Shown: piece after piece, positions 1 to 9,161 of the stretch
Numbering within the stretch: position 1 is the stretch's first letter
Layout of the letters: each line of letters begins with the position of its first letter
From: a virus
Taxonomy: Duplodnaviria > Caudoviricetes
Virus record (IMG/VR): IMGVR_UViG_3300021255_003058
Coordinates: 1-64,000 of that record
Strand: one strand, 5' to 3'
DNA: 64,000 nt
Notes under the pieces: generated by a model
Told to the model about the DNA's origin: nothing
Database searches by the model: none
The model's input: the letters and a program-made list of their open reading frames with translations, nothing else
Program-made: the position numbers and the translations under genes

Positions 1-2
1 AT

Positions 3-920
3 ACAAAGTCTGTGTTTAGTAACAACAATTTAATAGAATGTATTATACCTGATAGTGTTAAAATTATTAGTAATAATGTTTTCAATAGTTGTAGTGGTTT
101 AACAAGTGTAACCATACCTGATAGTGTTACAAGTATTGGTCAAAGTGCTTTCATGAACTGTACTGGTTTAACGAGTGTAACCATACCTGATAGTGTTACA
201 AGTATTGGTCAAAGTGCTTTCTATAACTGTAGTGGTTTAACAAGCGTAGTCATAGCTGATAGTGTTACAAGTATTGGTAATAATGCTTTCTATTATTGTA
301 GTGATTTAACAAGTGTAACATTAGGTAATAATGTTACAGACATTGGCCAAGGCGCTTTCTCTTATTGTACTAGTTTAACAAGTATAACCATACCAGACAG
401 TGTTACAAATATTGGTAATACTGCTTTTGGTAGTTGTACTGGTTTAACAAGTATAATATCTAATGCTATTACAGCACCAACAATAACAAATACTACATTC
501 CAAAATGTACATATGTATGGAACATTAGTTACTCCAACAAATTCTACTGGATATAATACATGGATGAGTACTGGAAATTATTACTTAGGTAAATATGGTT
601 GGTATAATGCCAAAGGAACATTTGGAAATACAGAACCAACATTAAAATGGAGTTCTGATTCATATACTATTACTTCTAATTATTATTCTACACCAACATT
701 ATCTAAATCATCTGGAATATCTGTTATTTACGAATCAACTGATACTTCAGTAGCTACAATTAATTCATCAGGAGTTGTAACGAAAGGGTCAAATGGTGTA
801 ACAACTATAAAAGCTATATTTGCAGGTGACTCAACATATAAACCAAAGATTGCTGTATATAAATTAACAGTTAACATATATAGTGGTGGATCATCTGGTG
901 GTGGAGGAGGTGGTGAATAA
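3..920 (+). CDS. BspA-type leucine-rich repeat (LRR_5) protein with C-terminal Ig-like domain, 5'-truncated by window
   Basis: Repeated 23-aa units (LTSVTIPDSVTSIGxxAFxxC); C-terminal YESTDTSVATINSSGVVT Big_2-like motif; frame open to window edge. Confidence 0.85.
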   Translation, partial: TKSVFSNNNLIECIIPDSVKIISNNVFNSCSGLTSVTIPDSVTSIGQSAFMNCTGLTSVTIPDSVTSIGQSAFYNCSGLTSVVIADSVTSIGNNAFYYCSDLTSVTLGNNVTDIGQGAFSYCTSLTSITIPDSVTNIGNTAFGSCTGLTSIISNAITAPTITNTTFQNVHMYGTLVTPTNSTGYNTWMSTGNYYLGKYGWYNAKGTFGNTEPTLKWSSDSYTITSNYYSTPTLSKSSGISVIYESTDTSVATINSSGVVTKGSNGVTTIKAIFAGDSTYKPKIAVYKLTVNIYSGGSSGGGGGGE

Positions 921-945
921 CCTCTAAATAAATATGAATTAGTGT

Positions 946-1716
946 ATGAGGATAAAAAGAGATAATAATTATATAAATATTATCCATTTTCCTGGTAATT
1001 CTATCGATTATTTTTTAAAATTAATTGATTTAATATTAAATTATAATACTGTAACTCTTGATAGTATTAATGAAGACGAATTAACAATTATATCTTGTTG
1101 GACTGATAATGAAAAATGTATTTTATATAAACAATTAAAAAGTCAAAATATAAATATCAATAATTGTTTGCCACAAGATTATGATAAATCTCAAGAATGG
1201 TATATGCCAAATAAAATTAGATTTATATTAGATTATTTAAAAAATAAAGTTAAAACAGAAATCTCATTAATATTGGATGGATATGATGTATTAATAATGA
1301 ACACTAATACTATTTTAAAAAAATTTAAAAATCAAAAATATAGAATATTATTTAATGGCACTGTTGGTAAATATCCTTTAGAAGATATTGAATATATTGA
1401 AGATAGAGATTCATTTGGTGCAAAAAAGTATTTTAATGCTGGTTGTTGTATTGGGTATACTAAGGATTTAATTAAATTCTATGAAGAATGTTTAGAATAT
1501 ATAGACATTGATAATCCTATTAAAAGTGAACAAAAAATAATGAGAACAGCATTTTCAAAATATTCTAATGATAAAAACCAAAATTTTATATATTTTGAAT
1601 ATATTCCCGATATTTTCATAACAATGTCAATGATCAATTTAGTTGTAAAAACTGATGAAATAGATACATACGAAGCCAAAGATGCCGATGAATTATATGA
1701 TAATAAAAATACTTAA
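946..1716 (+). CDS. Putative glycosyltransferase (PLOD/LH3 GT-domain-like)
   Basis: ILDGYDVL DxxD motif, ILFNG and YFNAGCCIGY motifs. Confidence 0.55.
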   Translation: MRIKRDNNYINIIHFPGNSIDYFLKLIDLILNYNTVTLDSINEDELTIISCWTDNEKCILYKQLKSQNININNCLPQDYDKSQEWYMPNKIRFILDYLKNKVKTEISLILDGYDVLIMNTNTILKKFKNQKYRILFNGTVGKYPLEDIEYIEDRDSFGAKKYFNAGCCIGYTKDLIKFYEECLEYIDIDNPIKSEQKIMRTAFSKYSNDKNQNFIYFEYIPDIFITMSMINLVVKTDEIDTYEAKDADELYDNKNT

Positions 1717-1728
1717 ATAAATATAAAT

Positions 1729-2733
1729 ATGACTAACCAAGAAAAAACCAAATTTTATTATGCGGATGGTACTGAAGAATATAAAGAAATTATAGGAAAA
1801 TTAACATATTCAGATGTTGGAAAAGATAGTCCACGCAGTTTTCCTAAAAAAACAATAAAAAGAATTGAAATTGGTACAGCGGTTAATGAAATTGATGAAT
1901 TTTCTATAAAAGCTTGTATTGGCTTAGAAGAAATTATTATACCAGATAGTGTTACAAAAATTGGTCGTAAAGCATTTTCATTTTTAGATTCATTACGAAC
2001 ATTAACAATACCAGATTCTGTAACATATATAGGACCAAAACTTTTTTTATGTAATGAATATATTGATGAGTGGAAAGGATATAAAAGTGTACTTGAATAT
2101 GTTAAATTACCTAAAGATATTGAGGTTATTGGTGAATGGATGTTCCAACAATGTAGAAAATTAGAATCAATTGAAATACCAAATAAAGTTAAATTAATTG
2201 AACATGAAGCGTTTAGAGATTGCTCTGGTCTTACTTCAATAAATATTCCTAATTCAGTAAAAAAAATAAATTATCAAGCGTTTTTTGCTTGCACAAATTT
2301 AGAAAGTATTAATATTCCAAGTACAGTTGAATTTATTGGCGAAGGAACATTTTTAGGTTGTGCAAAACTTAAATCAATTGATATACCTTTATTAGAAATA
2401 ATAGAAATTAATACATTTGGATATTGTTCAAGTTTAACAAATATTATAATACCTGATTCTGTAAAAACAATTAAACCAGTTGCATTTTCTAATTGTGAAA
2501 ATTTGGAATCAGTAATAATTGGAACTTCTGTTGAAAACATTGAAGAAGAAGTATTTACTAATTGTGGAAAATTAAATTCAATTATATCTAATGCTAATAT
2601 TGCACCAAATATTAAAGAAAATACATTTACCAACATTGCACAAAATGGTACATTAACTATTCCTCAAGAAAGTACAGGTTATGATGAATGGTTATCTAAA
2701 TTACCTGAAGGATGGGAGATAATTAAAAAATAA
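1729..2733 (+). CDS. BspA-type leucine-rich repeat protein
   Basis: Multiple LESIxIPxxVxxIxxxAFxxC repeats. Confidence 0.85.
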   Translation: MTNQEKTKFYYADGTEEYKEIIGKLTYSDVGKDSPRSFPKKTIKRIEIGTAVNEIDEFSIKACIGLEEIIIPDSVTKIGRKAFSFLDSLRTLTIPDSVTYIGPKLFLCNEYIDEWKGYKSVLEYVKLPKDIEVIGEWMFQQCRKLESIEIPNKVKLIEHEAFRDCSGLTSINIPNSVKKINYQAFFACTNLESINIPSTVEFIGEGTFLGCAKLKSIDIPLLEIIEINTFGYCSSLTNIIIPDSVKTIKPVAFSNCENLESVIIGTSVENIEEEVFTNCGKLNSIISNANIAPNIKENTFTNIAQNGTLTIPQESTGYDEWLSKLPEGWEIIKK

Positions 2734-2735
2734 CT

Positions 2736-2766
2736 AAAAATGGTATTACTAAGTAATACCATTTTT
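2736..2766. terminator. Bidirectional intrinsic terminator
   Basis: aaaaatggtattac-taa-gtaataccattttt inverted repeat between convergent genes. Confidence 0.75.
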
Positions 2767-3740
2767 TATATTGTAACATTCCAACATTTTATTATTTCTT
2801 CGCATTCTTTAATTTTATCTTCATCAAATACAAATAATTCTTTCATAAATGTTTTATAAGGCAAAAGATGTAAATTATCAGGTTTACATAACATATAACT
2901 CATTGTCACCTTTAATTGTGTAACATAATCACCTTTAATTTTTAAATATTCTTTATCATAATATGGAACAATACCATCAATTATTCTTGGAATTCTTTTT
3001 TTACCTATATAATTTTTGAAATCATATGTATTAGTATAATAATCCCTACTTATATTTGCCATTCCTGATAATATTGTTTTATTATCTTTTATCGGCGATT
3101 CTCTATCTGATGTGTATTCTTTACATGGTAATTTATTAATAACATCTATTGCGTAATTAATTTCTCTCGGATCATTTTTTGTATATATATAATATTGTTT
3201 ACCAGTATTTCTCCAAAAATATGTTAAAGTTCTAGTATCAAATCCACCGCTGAGTTCAATTATTAAATCTTCTGGATCTAAACTACCAATATATTGTTTA
3301 TATTTTTCTAACCAAGGTTGAATAATATATCCGCAATCTCTAATTGGTATATATAAAATTTGATCCCAACAATAATTAAAATTAAAATGATCTTTATACA
3401 ATTCTAAACTATCAAAAAAATGATCTTCACAAATTATTTCATCATATTGATCATATTTTTTATTAGTTGTTATTTTATTTGATGGATCATATTTATCATT
3501 TATAATTCCTTTAATTAAATTATGTTCAATTAAATAATCAGCTAATGATTGTTCATTAAAAGACACCCAGTATCTGTTTCCATAAATAAAATAAAACACA
3601 TTAGTTGAATATGTTTGTTTAAATTTAATGATTACCTTATTCTTTTCTTTTTGTACAGAAAAATTAAAACTATCAATATTTTCTATTTTATCAAAATTAT
3701 CTGAAGAAAAAATTATTTTATGATAATTTGTTTTATTCAT
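2766..3740 (-). CDS. Asparagine synthetase-like (PP-loop) protein
   Basis: IELSGGFDTR PP-loop motif. Confidence 0.5.
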   Translation of the reverse strand: MNKTNYHKIIFSSDNFDKIENIDSFNFSVQKEKNKVIIKFKQTYSTNVFYFIYGNRYWVSFNEQSLADYLIEHNLIKGIINDKYDPSNKITTNKKYDQYDEIICEDHFFDSLELYKDHFNFNYCWDQILYIPIRDCGYIIQPWLEKYKQYIGSLDPEDLIIELSGGFDTRTLTYFWRNTGKQYYIYTKNDPREINYAIDVINKLPCKEYTSDRESPIKDNKTILSGMANISRDYYTNTYDFKNYIGKKRIPRIIDGIVPYYDKEYLKIKGDYVTQLKVTMSYMLCKPDNLHLLPYKTFMKELFVFDEDKIKECEEIIKCWNVTI

Positions 3741-3775
3741 TTATTAATATATTTTTAATAAAAATAAAATTAAAT

Positions 3776-4819
3776 ATGATATACTATGTAAATTCAGAAG
3801 ATATGTTTTTACAATTATTAAATAATATTAAAGAATATGATATAATTTATTTAACAAAAAATGAATATGTTTTTAATAAAACGATAAACATTAGTAAATC
3901 AAATATAATAATTTCTACGCAAAACAATATATCAGTAATATTTAATTTTAAAAATATTCCTTATGTTTGTGATAATTATAATTCTAAAAAAACAAAAGAA
4001 TATATAAAAAAAGGTAATGGAATTAATGTTTATGGTGATAATATTATATTAGAAAATATTATAATAAAATTTGCGGCATTTAGAGGATTAGAAAATTTTG
4101 GAAATAATAATAAATTTATAAATATTGAAACTTCATATAATTGTGATACAGGGCATTCGCAAAAGGGTTGTAACAATATAATAAAAAATTGTGTTTCTCA
4201 TCATAATTTTGATTATAGATTAATAAAAAATTATGTATTAAGTTTTGGCTTTAATTCTGATGGTTTTTCAGATAAATTTCATAATGGTCATGGAAATACA
4301 TATATAAATTGTTTATCATATGAAAATGGTGATGATGGTTATACATTCTTTCAAAGAGATACATCAGAAGAATTTCCAACAATTATGAAAAATTGCAAGG
4401 CTATCAACAATAGTTTACATGTTATTAATTTATCAGAAAATGAAAGATTTTTAGAAGATGATAATAAATTTAAAAATATGTATAATATAGATCTATACCC
4501 AAATTATGGTAATGGGCATGGATTTAAATTAGGTGGTGTACATAAAAGTGTAAAAAATACTTATATAAATAAACATTATATTAAATTATATAATTGTGAA
4601 TCACTAAGTAATAAACTATCAGGTTTTACTAATAATCACAATGAAGCTACAATATATTTAGAAAATTGTGTTTCTAAAGATAATTTTGGAAAAAATTATG
4701 GATTTTATGGTAATGTATCATTATATTTAATTAATTGCAAATCATCTCCAAAAACTAATATTTGTATATCTGATACTGTAAAAATAATTGAAAAATATAA
4801 TAATAATTTTATAAAATAA
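3776..4819 (+). CDS. Right-handed beta-helix protein, pectate lyase PL9-like
   Basis: NSDGFSDK, ENGDDGY and GNGHGFKLGG motifs; start moved to MIYYV. Confidence 0.6.
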   Translation: MIYYVNSEDMFLQLLNNIKEYDIIYLTKNEYVFNKTINISKSNIIISTQNNISVIFNFKNIPYVCDNYNSKKTKEYIKKGNGINVYGDNIILENIIIKFAAFRGLENFGNNNKFINIETSYNCDTGHSQKGCNNIIKNCVSHHNFDYRLIKNYVLSFGFNSDGFSDKFHNGHGNTYINCLSYENGDDGYTFFQRDTSEEFPTIMKNCKAINNSLHVINLSENERFLEDDNKFKNMYNIDLYPNYGNGHGFKLGGVHKSVKNTYINKHYIKLYNCESLSNKLSGFTNNHNEATIYLENCVSKDNFGKNYGFYGNVSLYLINCKSSPKTNICISDTVKIIEKYNNNFIK

Positions 4820-4850
4820 AAACACAACTATTAAATATTTAAATAAGAAA

Positions 4851-4884
4851 AACAAGAGGAGTTACTTAAGTAACTCCTCTTGTT
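4851..4884. terminator. Perfect 34-bp palindrome at convergent gene ends
   Basis: aacaagaggagttactt/aagtaactcctcttgtt. Confidence 0.6.
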
Positions 4885-5206
4885 CAATTTTATGTCTCAA
4901 ATATTCCGGAAGTCCTCCTTCCCAAACTGCAATTGAAGTCATTTTGTTTCCTAAGTCAGGTTCATAGAATTGTTCAAATGATTTAGCTCCATATTCATTC
5001 AATAGTTTCCACCATTTATTAATGTCCACTGCTAAATAAATAAGATAATCATTATTCCAATTCCATTTGATGCCATGTTCTCCACCTTTGTTGGTTTCAT
5101 AGTATTGGTATCTTACCCAATCAGCAACAGCATGACCTCCTTGTACAGCCCCATATATAGGATCTAATTTTTTATCTACTAATATATAAAGTTTATTCTT
5201 TTCCAT
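4862..5206 (-). CDS. Peptidyl-tRNA hydrolase type 2 (PTH2)-like protein
   Basis: KLYILVDKKL..GAVQGGHAVA..FYEPDLGNKMTSIA pattern. Confidence 0.6.
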   Translation of the reverse strand: MEKNKLYILVDKKLDPIYGAVQGGHAVADWVRYQYYETNKGGEHGIKWNWNNDYLIYLAVDINKWWKLLNEYGAKSFEQFYEPDLGNKMTSIAVWEGGLPEYLRHKIEQEELLK

Positions 5207-5426
5207 TGTCTTCATCAAAATCATCTAAGTAAGTAATTGACCAATATCCTTTTGAAGCATAGCTCATTGAATAGTTAGTTTCATCTTCTCCATAGCAAAG
5301 TAATGCAGGATATCTTTCAAAGTCTTTTGCTTCTAAATAATGATTTACTTTGTTTTTATTCCAACTATCAATAAAGCTCTGTGCTTCTTTTTCATTATGA
5401 ATCAAAATCTTATTGTAAAGTTCCAT
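5193..5426 (-). CDS. hypothetical protein
   Basis: ORF in tightly packed operon. Confidence 0.6.
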   Translation of the reverse strand: MELYNKILIHNEKEAQSFIDSWNKNKVNHYLEAKDFERYPALLCYGEDETNYSMSYASKGYWSITYLDDFDEDNGKE

Positions 5427-5427
5427 A

Positions 5428-5835
5428 TTATTTCAATTTTACTTCGTTATTAACTATTTCAAAATTATTTTCAGCAAACTTATTATATATACTTATTACT
5501 TTTCTCTTGAAATTAGGTATTGCCTCATATTTCATGCATCCTTCTCCACCTCCATAAACATAAGCATCTTTACCAGTCCAAAGCATTTTCCAACATCTAT
5601 TAACTATTTCATTATCTAAATATTCGTGAAGATTATCAATACGATGTTTGAACATATAGTAAGCTACATATTCATAATGATGTCTATATTCCGCTTGTTT
5701 AATATATTGTTTGAATGCTAAATATTGTTCTTTAGTTGTAGCATTTATTGAGAAATCTTCTTTACTATAAGTCTGGCAAAACTCATCACTTGACTTAACT
5801 AAATCTATTCTAAAATTGTTTTCTTGTGTATTCAT
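5428..5835 (-). CDS. hypothetical protein
   Basis: ORF in tightly packed operon. Confidence 0.65.
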   Translation of the reverse strand: MNTQENNFRIDLVKSSDEFCQTYSKEDFSINATTKEQYLAFKQYIKQAEYRHHYEYVAYYMFKHRIDNLHEYLDNEIVNRCWKMLWTGKDAYVYGGGEGCMKYEAIPNFKRKVISIYNKFAENNFEIVNNEVKLK

Positions 5836-5847
5836 AATTATCGTTGT

Positions 5848-6294
5848 TTATTTATTTGAAAAAATTAAATTTATATTTTCATTAGAAAATTCAATATTAT
5901 ATTCTTGACATTTATTCTTGTAATAATTCATTGCACTATGAATAATTACATCACCATGAGTTTTACCTTTATTATCACCATATTCTATTAGTTTATCCCA
6001 ATTCTTAATAAACCAATCTTCTGGATCATAGTCTTTGTAATAGTCTTTATAAGATTGCACATCTCTATTAGTCCAATATTTTAAACCGTGCTTAATCCAA
6101 CGATAATTATATAAAAGAACTTTGATTTTATACGCCCTAATTTTAATTTCATGTACTATATCTTGCAAACTCTTTTCTTTAGGACGATTTGTAAATTTAC
6201 GAGTTTTCTTTTGCTCTCTTTGTTCATTTGCGAGTTGAGCAATCTCAGCTTTCATAGCATTAACTAATGCGTTTCTAAATTCTTTGTTTTCCAT
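5848..6294 (-). CDS. hypothetical protein (first gene of PTH2-like operon)
   Basis: 148-aa ORF. Confidence 0.65.
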   Translation of the reverse strand: MENKEFRNALVNAMKAEIAQLANEQREQKKTRKFTNRPKEKSLQDIVHEIKIRAYKIKVLLYNYRWIKHGLKYWTNRDVQSYKDYYKDYDPEDWFIKNWDKLIEYGDNKGKTHGDVIIHSAMNYYKNKCQEYNIEFSNENINLIFSNK

Positions 6295-6403
6295 ATTTGT
6301 AAATATTTATATGATTTTATAAGTGATTTGATGTTCAATGAATCTTCTCTGTTCAAACAAAATGAACATCATAAAAATGTTGAACAGATTCTATAAAATC
6401 TAT

Positions 6404-6445
6404 TTACGGAAAACCTCTAATGTCAATCTACCAAAACTGTTTCAT
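6404..6445 (-). CDS. Candidate leader peptide MKQFW(TAG)IDIRGFP*
   Basis: ATG AAA CAG TTT TGG TAG ATT GAC ATT AGA GGT TTT CCG TAA, upstream of the PTH2-like operon. Confidence 0.45.
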
Positions 6446-6556
6446 AATTATTTAATTTTTATTTATTATTGAAAATTTGCAATTTTCAAATTGCAATAAT
6501 ATTTAATGGTTTGCCTCCACCAAAAGGAGTTTTGCTTAGGAACTTTAACCAAATCG

Positions 6557-6627
6557 TAGTCCCAGTAGGACTCGAACCCACCTCAGCTGGTTTAGAAGCA
6601 GCGGCACAACCTCTGTACCATGGGACC
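6557..6627 (-). tRNA. tRNA-Sup(CUA), amber suppressor
   Basis: Cloverleaf; anticodon arm GCTGC-TTCTAAA-CCAGC, loop centre CTA; same C31.C39 mismatch as tRNA-Thr at 8304. Confidence 0.75.
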
Positions 6628-6632
6628 AAATT

Positions 6633-6722
6633 TGTCAATAACCTTTATAACTATTAGGGATTTCACCTAAACCTGCACCTCGACCGTACCCGTGCTAAAT
6701 TACACCATAGTAGTTATTGACA
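6633..6722 (-). ncRNA. tRNA-like element inside a TGTCAATAAC/GTTATTGACA stem
   Basis: D-arm-like GTGT/GCAC; T-arm-like TTAGG-TGAAATC-CCTAA. Confidence 0.4.
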
Positions 6723-6754
6723 TTTAACAAACATATTGATACAACAAAATTTGA

Positions 6755-6822
6755 AAGCTATACTGGAATCGAACCTGCCTTTCTTGCACTACCAAGCGTA
6801 CTAACCGATATACTAATAGCCT
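6755..6822 (-). tRNA. tRNA-like gene with truncated anticodon arm
   Basis: Acceptor, D and T arms present; anticodon arm CTTG-GTAGTG-CAAG. Confidence 0.55.
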
Positions 6823-6905
6823 TTACACTGTTCATCATACAGCGTTCCTTAAATATAAATAATTTCCAATAAGTGATGAATTTATTTTCTATTATTTATA
6901 TTATG

Positions 6906-6977
6906 CACGGACTGCAGGAATCGAACCCACATCCACGGTTTTGGAGACCGTCATAATAACCGTTATACTAAGTCCGT
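6906..6977 (-). tRNA. tRNA-Trp(CCA)
   Basis: Cloverleaf, loop CTCCAAA. Confidence 0.9.
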
Positions 6978-6980
6978 GTG

Positions 6981-7213
6981 TTGATGAGTAAATTTGCGAG
7001 CTACGGACTAAAGAAACCACGGCTACAAAACGTGGATTGCATTATCTCTTTGAGATTTTACTCTTCTGTTGCGTTGCACCTTATGAGCTCTCACGAAACT
7101 CAACTCCTTTCACTGGGCGAGGACTATTTCTTAGATCCAACCAACGTAATAAGAAGAAGTCGACATTTGCTTATTACTTACCCCAATCCTACTCAGAGGC
7201 CTGTACTCATCAA
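6981..7213 (-). ncRNA. Putative structured ncRNA
   Basis: GC-richer non-coding block closed by TTGATGAGTA/TACTCATCAA. Confidence 0.4.
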
Positions 7214-7360
7214 ATTATATTAAAAACTTGCTTCTGGTGAAGTCAGATTTTTTCAAATCTTCGGTTCCTTGATTCTTCTCCGATAACCTCGTTAATGTGT
7301 ATACCCATAACTGTTAAAACGGTAACCAGTGTCATGAACTGTGTTAAGCAAGTTAATTAG

Positions 7361-7431
7361 TTGGGTCAGGCAGATTCGAACTGCCACTACAAGGACCAAA
7401 ATCTTGTGTACTGCCATTATACGATGGCCCA
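7361..7431 (-). tRNA. tRNA-Gln(TTG)
   Basis: Cloverleaf, loop TTTTGGT. Confidence 0.9.
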
Positions 7432-7438
7432 ATAAATA

Positions 7439-7548
7439 AAACAAACCTGTAACATTCTTATAAAGAAATAAAAATGTAATCGTAATAAAATAAAAATCAA
7501 ACAAACAATAAAATATGAAGTATCTCTATAATACAACAAGGTTTGTTT
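7439..7548 (-). ncRNA. Bipartite intron-like element, permuted order, U-rich cargo
   Basis: AAACAAACCT-TGTTGTA-TTATAGAGA-TACTTC...TCTTTATAA-GAATGTTAC-AGGTTTGTTT. Confidence 0.7.
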
Positions 7549-7682
7549 TTTGCTGTTTTTAACATTCCTTGTGTATATTCACTTATTTAAGTTATAATAC
7601 AACAAGGTTTGTTTTTGTTGTTTTTAACATTCCTTGTGTATATTCACTTATTTAAGTTATAATACAACAAGGTTTGTTTTTG
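7527..7682. repeat. Tandem repeat, 65-66 bp unit, about 2.4 copies
   Basis: tataatacaacaaggtttgtttt at 7527, 7593 and 7658 with near-identical intervening sequence. Confidence 0.85.
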
Positions 7683-7806
7683 TTTGACGTACAGTTACCA
7701 AAATATGGGTTAAGATTACTTACTGTAATCACCATGCAGATATTGGATTACTTACCAATGTCCAGTACTTAACTTTATAATCTCATATTTGACACTTTGT
7801 TACGTG

Positions 7807-7879
7807 TGGAGCCACCGGGCTTCGAACCCGGGATCTCTGCGTGCAAGGCAGAAGTGTTAGCCAACTATACCATGACCCC
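7807..7879 (-). tRNA. tRNA-Ala(TGC)
   Basis: Cloverleaf, loop CTTGCAC. Confidence 0.9.
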
Positions 7880-7936
7880 AAATGGTAATTTTTTATATCA
7901 CTAAATTTATCAAGAGAACTACCAAACTCATTGATT

Positions 7937-8075
7937 ATATCAAGGAACGTTCGACAAAAGTTCATAGAGTTGGATTCGAACCAACGACCTCCAGTTTTCA
8001 AGGCTGGTGTTCTACCACTGAACTACCCTTTCAAATTATTGGGAAAGAAGTAACTCTTATCTACACCATTGACAT
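7937..8075 (-). tRNA. Circularly permuted tRNA (anticodon TGA) flanked by split intron-like element
   Basis: Order: element 3' half, (C)TTTCCCA, spacer, GAAAGGG..D..anticodon..T arm, element 5' half. Confidence 0.7.
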
Positions 8076-8078
8076 TTG

Positions 8079-8149
8079 TTGCGTAGGGAGAAGTCGAACC
8101 CCCAGCACAAGGTTATGAGCCTTATATGTTACCCTTACACCACCACGCG
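8079..8149 (-). tRNA. tRNA-Met(CAT), C1:A72 initiator-like
   Basis: Cloverleaf, loop CTCATAA. Confidence 0.85.
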
Positions 8150-8303
8150 ATATTTACTACTCTGTATATAAACAAAAAAATCAATTTTAAATAATTGGAC
8201 AGATTTTACTGTTACTGTCATCACCTACACCTACGATTAGGAAACTCGTTTGAATTATTTCAGGGACGGAATACATTACGTTGAGGCGCGACCTCTTTTG
8301 ATG

Positions 8304-8375
8304 AGGCGCTACTGAGAATCGAACTCAGATTATCGGGTTACAAAGCCGAGGTAATAACCATTATACTAAAGCGCC
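8304..8375 (-). tRNA. tRNA-Thr(TGT)
   Basis: Cloverleaf, loop TTTGTAA. Confidence 0.85.
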
Positions 8376-8385
8376 ATTTCTTTAA

Positions 8386-8468
8386 AATTTCATGTAACTA
8401 ACAAAGAAAGTATTATATAATATAAACCTTAACATATTGATGTAACTCTCTTTTACAACAATGAAATT
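8386..8468 (-). ncRNA. Bipartite intron-like element, permuted order, short cargo
   Basis: AATTTCAT-TGTTGTA-AAAGAGAGT-TACATC...ACTTTCTTT-GTTAGTTAC-ATGAAATT. Confidence 0.75.
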
Positions 8469-8470
8469 AG

Positions 8471-8554
8471 TTGCGGGGGTTGGAATCGAACCAACACAAG
8501 CATTTTCTGTCTCAAGGTTATGAGCCTTGCATCTTACCATTAGACTACCCCACG
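8471..8554 (-). tRNA. tRNA-Met(CAT), C1:A72, long variable region
   Basis: Cloverleaf, loop CTCATAA, 17-nt variable region. Confidence 0.8.
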
Positions 8555-8626
8555 ATTTTTTAAAAATTTATTCCTTTTGTTTAATAATAATTAAACCAAT
8601 TTAGTTTTTATCATTTAATTTATGTG

Positions 8627-8700
8627 TAGGGTGTGATGGACTTGAACCACCGACCTTGAAGGTATAAGCTTCCTGCGCTAACCTACTGCGCCAACACCCC
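8627..8700 (-). tRNA. tRNA-Ile(TAT)
   Basis: Cloverleaf, loop CTTATAC. Confidence 0.85.
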
Positions 8701-8759
8701 ATATTATAATCATTATAAATAAATATAGTTTTCTAAAAAAATCAATTCAAAAATATATG

Positions 8760-8924
8760 TTGCCACTGCAGGACTCGAACCTGCGACCCCGAGCTTATCA
8801 GGCTGAAGTAACTCTTATCTTCAACAATAATATCATTCATATGTTTACATATTATAATTAATAATATTACGTAACTATCGACAAAGTAAACGTTACGTGC
8901 TCTATCCAACTGAGCTAAATGGCA
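8760..8924 (-). tRNA. tRNA-Ile(GAT) with 91-nt intron (8805-8895) in anticodon stem
   Basis: Removing the insert restores the stem CG|AGC/GCTCG and a full cloverleaf. Confidence 0.85.
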
Positions 8925-8930
8925 ATTTTG

Positions 8931-9150
8931 TAGCGGCCATGGGAGTCGAACCCATTATTTGTAGGTGCTATATCCCTACCGTGATCGTTTCCTAAACAAG
9001 TAACTTAGTTCCTCACTTTATCCCGGGCTTGCTTAACATTTAACCTTGTTTATTTCTTGATGCTGTTAAATACTCATATCAAAATTATAAGTTTTAACAT
9101 AGTCCGTCGACCACATCAACTTAGAAACATTTCCGTTTCACTCGGACACT
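8931..9150 (-). tRNA. tRNA-like gene with about 145-nt D-loop insertion and 9-nt anticodon loop
   Basis: GTGA/TCAC D stem, GTAGG/CCTAC stem, canonical T arm. Confidence 0.5.
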
Positions 9151-9161
9151 GAAGTTAATTG

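Noticed and set aside
4851-4884. GAGTTACTT in the palindrome as another element copy
   Set aside because: It lacks the UGWA loop and half A; better explained as a terminator.
6981-7213. RNase P RNA (GCAACAGAAGAG and GTGAAAGG motifs)
   Set aside because: Motif order is wrong and there is no GAGGAAAGUCC/P4 pairing.
7527-7682. Possible CRISPR array
   Set aside because: The intervening sequences are near-identical, so this is a tandem duplication; no cas genes in the window.
8386-8468. Hairpin ribozyme loop B (similar 7/9-nt internal loop)
   Set aside because: The conserved AGAAACA strand and loop A are absent, and covariation shows a different pairing.
8805-8895. Group I/II intron or archaeal BHB intron as the identity of the element
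   Set aside because: Far too short, no P7 or domain V motifs, and no consistent bulge-helix-bulge at the junctions.
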